DNA of 64,000 nucleotides. It comes from Thermodesulfobacteriota bacterium (GTDB lineage Bacteria > Desulfobacterota > Desulfobacteria > Desulfobacterales > SURF-7). The stretch lies in the NCBI GenBank assembly GCA_049320885.1, contig JBMORA010000031.1, positions 1 through 64,000 on the forward strand, written 5' to 3'. Below the pieces are notes generated by a model. That model made no database searches. It worked only from the letters and a program-made list of their open reading frames with translations, and was not told the origin of the DNA. The position numbers were made by a program, and so were the translations under genes. Position 1 is the stretch's first letter. Each line of letters begins with the position of its first letter. Positions 19,523 to 28,349 of the stretch are shown here, piece by piece.

Positions 19523-20542
19523 CTATCCGTTCCGGCGGGTGTATTCCGCAAGGGCCGCCAGTTTTTCCGCTGCGGCTCCGGAGTCAAGGGCTTCCGCCGC
19601 CGCCTTGATTCCATCCGCCAGGTTTTCGGCCCTGCCGGCGGCCATCAGGGCCCCGGCGGCGTTCAGCGCCACCACATCCCTGCGGGGGCCCTTTTTTCCG
19701 GCCAGGATATCGCGGGTGATGACGGCATTCTCGGAAGGAGTCCCGCCCGCCAGTTCGGCAGGCTCGGCCTGTTTTTCAAAAAATAGCTCCGGAGCGATGT
19801 CATATGTCCGGATCAGGCCGTCCCTCAGTTCGGATATGCGCGTGGGAGCGCAGACCGACATTTCATCCAGGCCGTCGTGTCCATGGACCACCAGGGCTCT
19901 CTTGGCCCCCAGCAGCCGCAGGGCGTTGGCGAACATTTCCGTCAGTTCCGGGGCAAACACGCCGAGCAGCTGGCAATTGGCCGCCGCCGGGTTGGTGAGC
20001 GGCCCGAGCATGTTGAAAATGGACCGCAGCCCGATTTCCTTCCGGGCCTTGGCGGCGTATTTCATGGCGCCGTGATACAACGGGGCGAACAGAAAGCCGA
20101 TGCCGATCTCGGCAATGGCCTCCTCGGTGATTTCCGGCGCCGTGTCGATTTTGACACCCAGGGCCTCCAGGAGATCGGCACTGCCGCAACGGCTGGAAAT
20201 GGACCGGTTGCCATGTTTGGCCACGGTCACCCCGCAACCGGCCACCACGAACGCCGTGGTGGTGGAAATGTTGAAGGTGTTGGCCCCGTCGCCGCCGGTG
20301 CCGCAGGTGTCGATCACCGTGCCGGCCGAGGTTTGAATCCGCTGGGCTTTCTTGCGCATGGCCTGGGCCGCGCCGGCCAATTCCTCGAAGGTTTCCCCCT
20401 TGGTGGCCAGCGCCCCCATGAAGGCGCCGATCTGGGCGTCCGTGATCTCACCCGAAAAAATATCGGTGACCATTTGCGACATCTCCACATCCGTCAGGTT
20501 TTTTCTTTTCATGATCTTGCCCAAATTGTCCTTGAAAGCCAT
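19523..20542 (-). CDS. trpD: Anthranilate phosphoribosyltransferase
   Basis: DTCGTGGDG, NISTT, KHGNRS, GPLTNP, GLDE. Confidence 0.96.
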   Translation of the reverse strand: MAFKDNLGKIMKRKNLTDVEMSQMVTDIFSGEITDAQIGAFMGALATKGETFEELAGAAQAMRKKAQRIQTSAGTVIDTCGTGGDGANTFNISTTTAFVVAGCGVTVAKHGNRSISSRCGSADLLEALGVKIDTAPEITEEAIAEIGIGFLFAPLYHGAMKYAAKARKEIGLRSIFNMLGPLTNPAAANCQLLGVFAPELTEMFANALRLLGAKRALVVHGHDGLDEMSVCAPTRISELRDGLIRTYDIAPELFFEKQAEPAELAGGTPSENAVITRDILAGKKGPRRDVVALNAAGALMAAGRAENLADGIKAAAEALDSGAAAEKLAALAEYTRRNG

Positions 20543-20588
20543 GGCTGCTCCTTCCATCTGTTTCGTCATTAGAATTGCTCCAAATTCC

Positions 20589-21179
20589 TTACCGGGCCCG
20601 GGCCTGGAAATCCTCCGCGATTTGCAGGAAATTGCGCAGCAGGCGTTTCCCCACCGGGGTCATGATGGATTCCGGATGGAACTGAATCCCTTCGGTGGGG
20701 TGGGTCACATGCCGGAGTCCCATGATTTCGCCGTCATCGGACTGCGCGGTGACTTGCAGGCAGTCCGGCAGGCCCTCCCGCTGCACCGCCAGGGAGTGAT
20801 ACCGCATGGCCTGAAACGGTTTGGAAATTCCCTGGTACACCCCCTTGCCGTCGGAGGTGATCAGGGAGGTTTTGCCGTGCATCAAACTGCGGGCCGGAAT
20901 TACTTTCCCACCGAAGGCCTCCGCGATGCTCTGGTGACCGAGACATACGCCCAGAATGGGCACCCGGCCGGAAAAGCGGCCGATGGCCGCAAGGGAGATT
21001 CCGGCCCCCGTAGGTCTTCCGGGACCAGGCGAAATCACGATCCCCTTCGGCCCCCAGGATTCCAGTTCCGAAAGGCCGACGGCGTCGTTGCGTACGACCC
21101 GCATGTCCGCCCCCAGCATTCCCAGGTGCTGGACCAGGTTATAGGTAAAGGAATCGTAATTATCGATCATGACGATCAT
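20589..21179 (-). CDS. trpG: Anthranilate synthase component II (glutamine amidotransferase)
   Basis: IDNYDSFTYNL, SPGPG, GVCLGHQ, QFHPES. Confidence 0.96.
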   Translation of the reverse strand: MIVMIDNYDSFTYNLVQHLGMLGADMRVVRNDAVGLSELESWGPKGIVISPGPGRPTGAGISLAAIGRFSGRVPILGVCLGHQSIAEAFGGKVIPARSLMHGKTSLITSDGKGVYQGISKPFQAMRYHSLAVQREGLPDCLQVTAQSDDGEIMGLRHVTHPTEGIQFHPESIMTPVGKRLLRNFLQIAEDFQARAR

Positions 21180-22687
21180 GGCAGGGCCTCCTTCCGCATT
21201 CCGCTGTTGTGTAAGAGTTCAAGGGCCCGCTGAATGGCTTTGGCCTTGTTGACGGTCTCCAGACGCTCCCTTTCCGGGTCCGAATCCGCCACGATGCCCG
21301 CCCCGGCCCTCACCGTCAGCCGGCCGTCTTCAATGCAGGCCGTACGGATGGTGATGGCCAGGTCCATGTTGCCGCTGAAGGAAATATACCCCACGGCGCC
21401 GCCATAGGGCCCCCGCGGCTCCTTCTCCAGTTCCGCGATGATTTCCATGGCCCGGATTTTCGGCGCGCCGGAAAGGGTTCCGGCGGGAAAGGTGGCGCGC
21501 AGCAAATCCCAGGCGTCTTTTCCGGCCTGCATATCACAGCAGATGTTGGACACCAGATGCATCACATGGGAATAGCGTTCGACGATCATCAGATCCGTCA
21601 CCTGCACGGTACCGGTTTCCGCCACCCGCCCGAGATCGTTGCGTCCCAGATCCACCAGCATCAGGTGTTCGGCACGTTCCTTTTCGTCCTTCAGAAGTTC
21701 ATCCGCGAAATTCCTATCCTCCTGTTCGTTCAACCCCCGGGGCCTGGTGCCGGCGATGGGGCGGAGAGTGGCGACACCGTTTTCCAGCCGCACCATGGTC
21801 TCGGGGGATGAACCCACCAGGGCGATTTCGTCCAGCTGCATGAAATACAGATAGGGGGACGGGTTGATATAGCGCTGGGCCCGATAGAGACGGAGAAGAT
21901 CCGGCGGCGGTTCGCACACGAAAGACTGCGCGATGACGGCCTGGATGATATCCCCCTCGCGGATATACGCCTTGGTCTTGCGGACATGGGAGCGATATTC
22001 CTCATCTTCAATGGTTTGAGAAAGGGCGTATCCCTGGCCGGTATCCGGCAAACCCTCCATCTGGATGGGCCGTTCCATCCTGTTCAGCATGGCCGCAAGA
22101 CGCGAGGAAGCCGAATCGTAGGCGGCCCCGGGGTCACCCGCATCCTTCTCCCCCTCACCCAGAAAGGTGACGGCCACGCACAGCAAGGTGTTCCGGATAT
22201 TATCGAAAATGAGCAATTCGTCCGGAATGATGAAATGGGCCAGGGGTTTCTCATCCGGCCAGCCATTTGGAATGCGCTCGAAAAAGGAAACCATCTCATA
22301 GGTCAGATATCCCACCATCCCGCCCCAGAATCTGGGCAATCCGTCGATATCGGCCGCCCGGTACCGGCTCATCAACTCGCGCAGGATTCCGAGCGGATCG
22401 CCGCCATGGGGAATTCCCGTCACAAGGCCTTTTTTCCGCACTTCCACCCGGTCCCGGTACACCCGGATATGACTGCTGGCGGATGTTCCCAAAAAACTGT
22501 AGCGCCCCCAGCGCTCGCCGCCTTCCACACTTTCCAAAAGGAAAACGGGACCTTTGTGATAAAACTTCTTTAACAGTGAAACCGGTGTTTCCATATCCGC
22601 CAGGATTTCAACGCACACCGGAACGACGGTATGCGTCATCGCCAGTCGTTGGAATCCGCTTTTGTCGGGAAATTGTTTCAACAGCAT
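21176..22687 (-). CDS. trpE: Anthranilate synthase component I
   Basis: LLESVE, NPSPY, PIAGTR, EHLMLVDLGRND, GTLSGAPK. Confidence 0.96.
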   Translation of the reverse strand: MLLKQFPDKSGFQRLAMTHTVVPVCVEILADMETPVSLLKKFYHKGPVFLLESVEGGERWGRYSFLGTSASSHIRVYRDRVEVRKKGLVTGIPHGGDPLGILRELMSRYRAADIDGLPRFWGGMVGYLTYEMVSFFERIPNGWPDEKPLAHFIIPDELLIFDNIRNTLLCVAVTFLGEGEKDAGDPGAAYDSASSRLAAMLNRMERPIQMEGLPDTGQGYALSQTIEDEEYRSHVRKTKAYIREGDIIQAVIAQSFVCEPPPDLLRLYRAQRYINPSPYLYFMQLDEIALVGSSPETMVRLENGVATLRPIAGTRPRGLNEQEDRNFADELLKDEKERAEHLMLVDLGRNDLGRVAETGTVQVTDLMIVERYSHVMHLVSNICCDMQAGKDAWDLLRATFPAGTLSGAPKIRAMEIIAELEKEPRGPYGGAVGYISFSGNMDLAITIRTACIEDGRLTVRAGAGIVADSDPERERLETVNKAKAIQRALELLHNSGMRKEALP

Positions 22688-22719
22688 GTTTCCGCCTTTC
22701 CGTAAAATGTTTCCGGGCC

Positions 22720-22755
22720 AAAAAAAGGGGCCGTGGATTCGTCCACGACCCCTTT
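22720..22755 (-). terminator. Intrinsic terminator hairpin in the trp leader (proximal to trpE)
   Basis: Minus strand AAAGGGGTCGTGGA-cgaa-TCCACGGCCCCTTT followed by further T's. Confidence 0.85.
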
Positions 22756-22761
22756 GAATAC

Positions 22762-22795
22762 AAAAGGCCGTGGGCTCTGGAGCCGCCCACGGCCT
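22762..22795 (-). terminator. Second terminator-like hairpin in the trp leader (distal)
   Basis: Minus strand AGGCCGTGGGC-ggctccaga-GCCCACGGCCT followed by TTTG. Confidence 0.75.
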
Positions 22796-22816
22796 CTGTT
22801 TTCTATCGAACCATCC

Positions 22817-22918
22817 TTACATCCGTATTGGCAAGGTTCCGCCGGCAGGCCCCGAGTATCCGCCCCGCCACCACCAGCGAAAATATTCGTTGATTGAATG
22901 GATGTTGTGATGTTGCAT
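22817..22918 (-). CDS. trpL: trp operon leader peptide, 33 aa (MQHHNIHSINEYFRWWWRGGYSGPAGGTLPIRM)
   Basis: Manual translation: three consecutive TGG codons, AAGGA RBS upstream, terminator hairpins downstream. Too short for the ORF track. Confidence 0.88.
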   Translation of the reverse strand: MQHHNIHSINEYFRWWWRGGYSGPAGGTLPIRM

Positions 22919-23005
22919 CAATTTCTTTTCCCTTGGATATCGTCCTGATTTTTCCGACTACTAGATCGCTTCTTTTTTGTCAAGAAATTTGTTGCCGTTC
23001 CGTCT

Positions 23006-23764
23006 CTAGTCCGGAGGCAACGCGGATTCGATGACGCTCCGCACTTTATCCATCAGGATTTCCAGGTTCTCCGCATCATACCCGTGGATATCGATGGGGG
23101 GATGAATCGTCATCAACACCCGTCCCGGGAAGAGATCCACCGTGTTTTTGGGAAGAATCTCCCCGGTTCCCACGATGGTGATGGGCAGAATGGGCAGTCC
23201 GAGGTCCGCGGCGAATCGAAAGGCGCCCTTTTTGAACGGCCCCATCCGGCTGGTTTCGCTCCGGGTTCCCTCGGGGAAAAACAGCACGGAAGTCCCATTG
23301 ACGATCCGGGTCTTTGCCTGATTGATGGAATCGATGGCCGACTGGGTGTTGGAGCGGTCGATGTAAATATGTTCCAGTTTTTCGCAGGCGATCCCGAGAA
23401 ACGGGATCTTGCGCAGGGCCGATTTCATGACCCATTTGAAATCGACGCCCAGCCATCCGTACAGGACGAATATATCGAAATGGCTCTGATGATTGGAAAC
23501 CACGACATAGGAACGACGCTTGTCGATATGTTCCCGGCCGACCACCCGGACGAACATGGGCGTCATATAACTGTTGATCCTCGCCCAGGTGACGCCGCCC
23601 ACCAGGCTGCCGAGCCGCGGCATCCCCATCAGGGCAATGAGGAAGGCCAGGCTGCCGAAAAAAGCCGTGGTCAGGGCCAATACCGGGATATATACCAGCC
23701 ATTTGTACGGCTGATACAGGGCATGCAGGATGAGTTGTCCGTATGGATTGTTTCTCACAGGCAT
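23006..23764 (-). CDS. plsC: 1-acyl-sn-glycerol-3-phosphate acyltransferase (PlsC family)
   Basis: NHQSHFD (HX4D), IYIDR, FPEGTRS. Confidence 0.9.
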   Translation of the reverse strand: MPVRNNPYGQLILHALYQPYKWLVYIPVLALTTAFFGSLAFLIALMGMPRLGSLVGGVTWARINSYMTPMFVRVVGREHIDKRRSYVVVSNHQSHFDIFVLYGWLGVDFKWVMKSALRKIPFLGIACEKLEHIYIDRSNTQSAIDSINQAKTRIVNGTSVLFFPEGTRSETSRMGPFKKGAFRFAADLGLPILPITIVGTGEILPKNTVDLFPGRVLMTIHPPIDIHGYDAENLEILMDKVRSVIESALPPD

Positions 23765-24029
23765 TATCTCGCTTAGGTTCCATCAATTTGCGGTATACCT
23801 AACCGAATCGCAAAAACCTGTCAATGTGTAAGTTCAATCCCATGGTGGTGCAATCAGGGGAACCCGCGGATGGAATACGGATTGAATTCCTCGGGCGCTT
23901 GAGGTATGAATGGCGTAACAGCATACCCGGACAAACCACCGGGTCGCCCTCCCTGTCCAGGCGGATGGTTTGATGAAAATCCGCGGAACGGCCATCGGCA
24001 ACAACACGAACAACGAAACAAGGAAAATC

Positions 24030-27000
24030 ATGGAGAGTTCCGCCTGCATCCTCGGCATCGACATCGGCTCCGTCACCATTTCGGCGGCTGTGGTGGCGCC
24101 GGACAAAACCGTTCTCGATACCGCCTACCGTTTCCATTACGGAGATATCGCGACTCATCTGGAGGCCGTCCTGACGGGATTTTCCGGCAAGAGAATCTCG
24201 GCGGTTTCGGCAACCACTTCCACTCCCGGATATATTCATGCTGATTTCCGGTGCGACAACCGGATCGCCTTGATCGAGGGGGCGAAACACCATCACCCCG
24301 GCATCGGTTCGATCCTGGTGGTGGGCGGGGAAAAATTCGGCCTGATTCGGTTCGATGAAAACGGTAATTATTCCAGTTATAAATCCAATACTTCCTGTGC
24401 GGCCGGCACCGGCGCCTTTCTGGATCAGCAGGCCGCCCGGCTCAACCTCGGCGGAACCGAGGAATTGAGCCGCATTGCCTATGCAAACAAGGGGCAATTG
24501 CCGAAAATCGCCTCCCGTTGCGCCGTTTTCGCAAAAACGGATCTGATCCACGCCCAACAGGAGGGCTACCGCATCGAGGAAATCAGCGATGGTCTTTGTT
24601 ACGGGCTGGCAAAAAATATCGTGGACACGCTCCTGACCGGTCCCGCGCCCGTCGGCCCGATGCTCTTCTGCGGCGGGGTGTCGAAAAACAGGGCGGTGGC
24701 CGGCCATATCCGGCGCCTCACCGGAATGGACCTGATCACCGATGAAAACGCCCCTGTTTACGAAGCCATCGGCACGGCATTGCGGCTGATCCATACGCAA
24801 ACCGCCGCGTCCATGCTTGAAATTCGTCAAAATGGGGAAAATAACGGCGGCGGTTTGAGCTTCAAGCACCTGTTCACCCCCCCCCAAGCCGCTGCCGAAA
24901 AATACACCTATCCACCCCTTGCGCTGCGCCACTCCCGATACCCGGACTTTACCGATCATGAAAGCTATGAATATCTTCCCCGTCTTCGCAACGGCGATTT
25001 TCGGGTGGATGTGGATCTGTACAGTCTTCCGGAAAACGCGGGAACCTGTCCGATCCATCTCGGCATCGACATCGGTTCCACCAGCACCAAAGCGGTTCTT
25101 CTGGAAACCCGCGGGCAGGTCCTGGCCGGTTTTTATACCCGCACCGCCGGCCGGCCGGTGGAGGCGGTGTGCGCTCTGTTTGAAGCCGTGGACGATCTCG
25201 CCCGAAAAAGGAAAATCCGCTTCGAAGTAATCGGCGCCGGCACCACCGGTTCGGGCCGCAAATTCGTCGGACGCCTGATCAACGCCGATACCGTCATCGA
25301 CGAAATCACCGCCCATGCCAGGGCCGCCTGCGAATTGAACCCGGATGTGGACACCATCATCGAAATCGGCGGTCAGGATGCGAAGTTCACCACCCTTTGC
25401 AACGGAACGGTTTCCTTTTCCATCATGAACACGGTCTGCGCCGCCGGAACCGGAAGCTTCATCGAGGAACAGGCCAGGAAACTCGGCTGCTCCATCCATG
25501 AGTATTCCGCACGCACGGAAAATGTGCGCGCCCCCATGTCCAGCGACCGCTGTACGGTTTTCATGGAAAGAGACATCAATCACTACCTCAGCGAGGGCTA
25601 TACGACGGCGGAAGTCCTCGCATCGGTTCTGCATTCCGTAAGGGAGAATTATCTCCAGAAAGTGGCGGTTGAACGGAATATCGGCAAGACCATTCTGTTC
25701 CAGGGAGCCACGGCGAAAAACAAGGCCCTGGTGGCGGCCTTCGAACAACGCCTGGAAAAGCCCATCCTGGTTTCCCGGTACTGCCACCTGACCGGCGCAT
25801 TGGGGACGGCGCTCATGCTGGCCGACATGGGGAACGAACGCAGCACGTTCCGGGGCTTCGATATTTATAAACAGCAAATCCCCATCCGATCCGAAGTCTG
25901 CGAACTCTGCACCAATCACTGCAAGCTGACCCTGGCGCATCTGTCCGGGGAAACCGTCGCCTACGGCTTTCTGTGCGGCAGGGATTACGATGTCAAAAAA
26001 CGGATGGAAAACAACCCTTCCGGATTCGATCTGATCCGGTCCCGTAAATCCGCCTTTCGCGTTACCAGGGAGGACCGGTCGAACGATTCGCTTGCCGGTT
26101 CCGGAAACATCACCATCGGCATTCCGGCGGGCTTGTTTCTCGTGGAGGCCCTCCCCTTCTGGCGCCGTTTCTTCCATCAGCTCGGTTTCCGCACCCTTTC
26201 AAGCGAACGCTTCGATCAGGCCCTCCAGCAGGGCCGGCAACTCACCGGCGCCGAATTCTGCGCTCCCATCACGGCCATGCATGGTCACGTTCACCACCTG
26301 CTTGAAAAGGCGGATCATGTCTTCCTGCCGGCCTATCTGGAGATGCGCCAGAAAACCAAGGGCCTGCGAAGACAATTCTGCTATTATTCCCAATTTATGC
26401 CGGCCCTGGCCGATATCGTGGCGGAAAAGGACCGGAACCGGCTGCTGACTCCCGTGCTGCACTACCTGTACACGAGTTTTCATGCCCGGATGCAATTGTT
26501 CCAATCCCTGCGGACCATCGCTCCGACCCTTTCTTTTTTCGACATGTCGGCCGCATACGAAAGAGCCCGGGCCTTCGTCCGAAGGTCCGAGGACCGGCTG
26601 AAGGAGATCTACCGCAAGGAAACAGAGGCATCCAGTGACATCGGCGTCGTTCTGCTGGGAAGGCCCTATTCCATCCTGTCGCCTTCCATGAACAAGGGGA
26701 TTCCCTCCCTGTTCGGATCGCTGGGCATCAAGGCCTTTTTTCAGGACATGATTCCCTGCGAAGATCAATCCGTATCCTCCATCGCCCCCCTCCTGAAGGA
26801 AATCAGGTGGCATTACGGCGCGAAAATCCTGGAAGCGGCCGAAGTCATCGCCAAGACGGACGGATTGTACCCGGTGCTGGTCACTTCCTTCAAGTGCGCG
26901 CCGGATTCATTCGTCAAGGACTACTTTCAGAAAATCATGGCCGGCCATGACAAACCCTATCTGATTCTGGAGCTGGACGAACACGGCTCCACCGTGGGCT

Positions 27001-28349
27001 ACGAAACCCGCATCGAAGCAGCGATCCGCTCCTTTCGGAACCATGATTCGTCCAACCGGAAACCCGCGCGAAAACCCGCTCCGGCGGACTACCGCGGCAT
27101 CAATCCGGACCCGGCGAGGTCGCTTCTCGGGAAGACCGTCGTTTTGCCCAATTGGGATTCCCTGACCTGCCGCCTGCTGACCGCCAACCTCCAGCGGGAA
27201 GGCCTGAATGCCGTCCTGATGGATGAAACCGAGGAGTCCATCCGGAAAAGCCTGCGCCTGAACACCGGCCAGTGCATTCCGCTCAACGCCATCACCCAGG
27301 GGTTCGCGGAATGCATCCGGCGGCACGACCTGAACCCGGCGGAAACCGTTTTGTGGATGACCACCTCGAATACCTGTAGCCTCAGCATGTATCCGCATCA
27401 TATCAAGACGCTGCTGAACGCCATGGGGGGCGGCCTGGAACAAACCCGGGTATTCGCAGGGGAGTTGTCCTTCCGGGAGGTTTCCATCCGGGCGGCCGTC
27501 AATGCCTATTTTGCCTATATGTTCGGCGGCATGGTCCGGAAAATGGGATGCAAGGTGCGGCCCTATGAAATGGAAAGAGGCCGCACCGATCAGGTCATCC
27601 GTCAGGGCATGGACATATTGACCGCGGCGTTCAGGGGGAACATGAGCAAAATGGAAGCGCTGGAACGAGTGGTGACGGAATTTGAACGGATTGAAATCCG
27701 GCGGGTGAAAAAACCCCTGGTGGCTGTGTTCGGCGACCTGTATGTCAGGGATAACGATGTCATGAACCAGGGCCTGATCCGCTTCATCGAGGAAAACGGC
27801 GGCGAAGTCATCACGACCCCCTACCTCAGCTATGCGAAAATGGTGGCCGGGCCCTATTTCCGGAAATGGCTCCGGGAAGGCCTCTATGTAAGCCTCCTGT
27901 CCTATAAAGCCCTGTTGTCCACCCTCAGCCTGCGGGAAAAAGTCTATTACCGCTATTTCGAGCGCATCCTGAAGGAACCGGCTTTCGATTACGACACCCC
28001 GCCGGAATCCATTCTGTCCGCTTACAATATCAAAATCGAAAACACGGGCGAGTCCCTGGACAATATCTTGAAGGTGTTTTACATCCAGAAACACTATCCC
28101 GATGTGGCCCTTTTTGTCCAGGCCAGTCCCTCTTTCTGCTGCGCTTCGCTGATCACCGAAGCAATGGCCGGGGCCATTGAGCGCAACACCGGCGTACCGG
28201 TGGTTTCCATCACCTACGACGGCACCGGCGGGAGAAAAAACGAGGCCATTATCCCCTATCTCACGTACCGTCGCCGGTCTTCAGCTGGAAAGACGCCAGA
28301 AACGGGTCCGTATGGGGACTTGCCAGCACATCTTCTCCGATCTTCATGA
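24030..28349 (+). CDS. Fused double CoA-activase plus reductase/dehydratase-like protein (PlsA/Ger-like; candidate plasmalogen or ether-lipid synthase)
   Basis: Two ASKHA activase units (GIDIGSV..CAAGTGAF..CAVFAK; GIDIGSTSTK..GGQDAK..CAAGTGSF..CTVF), CELCTNHC, then domains with EFCAP, FCYY, LLGRPY, FKCAPD, GQCIP, SFCC; about 1440 aa. Confidence 0.85.
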   Translation: MESSACILGIDIGSVTISAAVVAPDKTVLDTAYRFHYGDIATHLEAVLTGFSGKRISAVSATTSTPGYIHADFRCDNRIALIEGAKHHHPGIGSILVVGGEKFGLIRFDENGNYSSYKSNTSCAAGTGAFLDQQAARLNLGGTEELSRIAYANKGQLPKIASRCAVFAKTDLIHAQQEGYRIEEISDGLCYGLAKNIVDTLLTGPAPVGPMLFCGGVSKNRAVAGHIRRLTGMDLITDENAPVYEAIGTALRLIHTQTAASMLEIRQNGENNGGGLSFKHLFTPPQAAAEKYTYPPLALRHSRYPDFTDHESYEYLPRLRNGDFRVDVDLYSLPENAGTCPIHLGIDIGSTSTKAVLLETRGQVLAGFYTRTAGRPVEAVCALFEAVDDLARKRKIRFEVIGAGTTGSGRKFVGRLINADTVIDEITAHARAACELNPDVDTIIEIGGQDAKFTTLCNGTVSFSIMNTVCAAGTGSFIEEQARKLGCSIHEYSARTENVRAPMSSDRCTVFMERDINHYLSEGYTTAEVLASVLHSVRENYLQKVAVERNIGKTILFQGATAKNKALVAAFEQRLEKPILVSRYCHLTGALGTALMLADMGNERSTFRGFDIYKQQIPIRSEVCELCTNHCKLTLAHLSGETVAYGFLCGRDYDVKKRMENNPSGFDLIRSRKSAFRVTREDRSNDSLAGSGNITIGIPAGLFLVEALPFWRRFFHQLGFRTLSSERFDQALQQGRQLTGAEFCAPITAMHGHVHHLLEKADHVFLPAYLEMRQKTKGLRRQFCYYSQFMPALADIVAEKDRNRLLTPVLHYLYTSFHARMQLFQSLRTIAPTLSFFDMSAAYERARAFVRRSEDRLKEIYRKETEASSDIGVVLLGRPYSILSPSMNKGIPSLFGSLGIKAFFQDMIPCEDQSVSSIAPLLKEIRWHYGAKILEAAEVIAKTDGLYPVLVTSFKCAPDSFVKDYFQKIMAGHDKPYLILELDEHGSTVGYETRIEAAIRSFRNHDSSNRKPARKPAPADYRGINPDPARSLLGKTVVLPNWDSLTCRLLTANLQREGLNAVLMDETEESIRKSLRLNTGQCIPLNAITQGFAECIRRHDLNPAETVLWMTTSNTCSLSMYPHHIKTLLNAMGGGLEQTRVFAGELSFREVSIRAAVNAYFAYMFGGMVRKMGCKVRPYEMERGRTDQVIRQGMDILTAAFRGNMSKMEALERVVTEFERIEIRRVKKPLVAVFGDLYVRDNDVMNQGLIRFIEENGGEVITTPYLSYAKMVAGPYFRKWLREGLYVSLLSYKALLSTLSLREKVYYRYFERILKEPAFDYDTPPESILSAYNIKIENTGESLDNILKVFYIQKHYPDVALFVQASPSFCCASLITEAMAGAIERNTGVPVVSITYDGTGGRKNEAIIPYLTYRRRSSAGKTPETGPYGDLPAHLLRSS

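Noticed and set aside
23799..26177. 792-aa minus-strand ORF
   Set aside because: Antisense shadow of the double-activase gene
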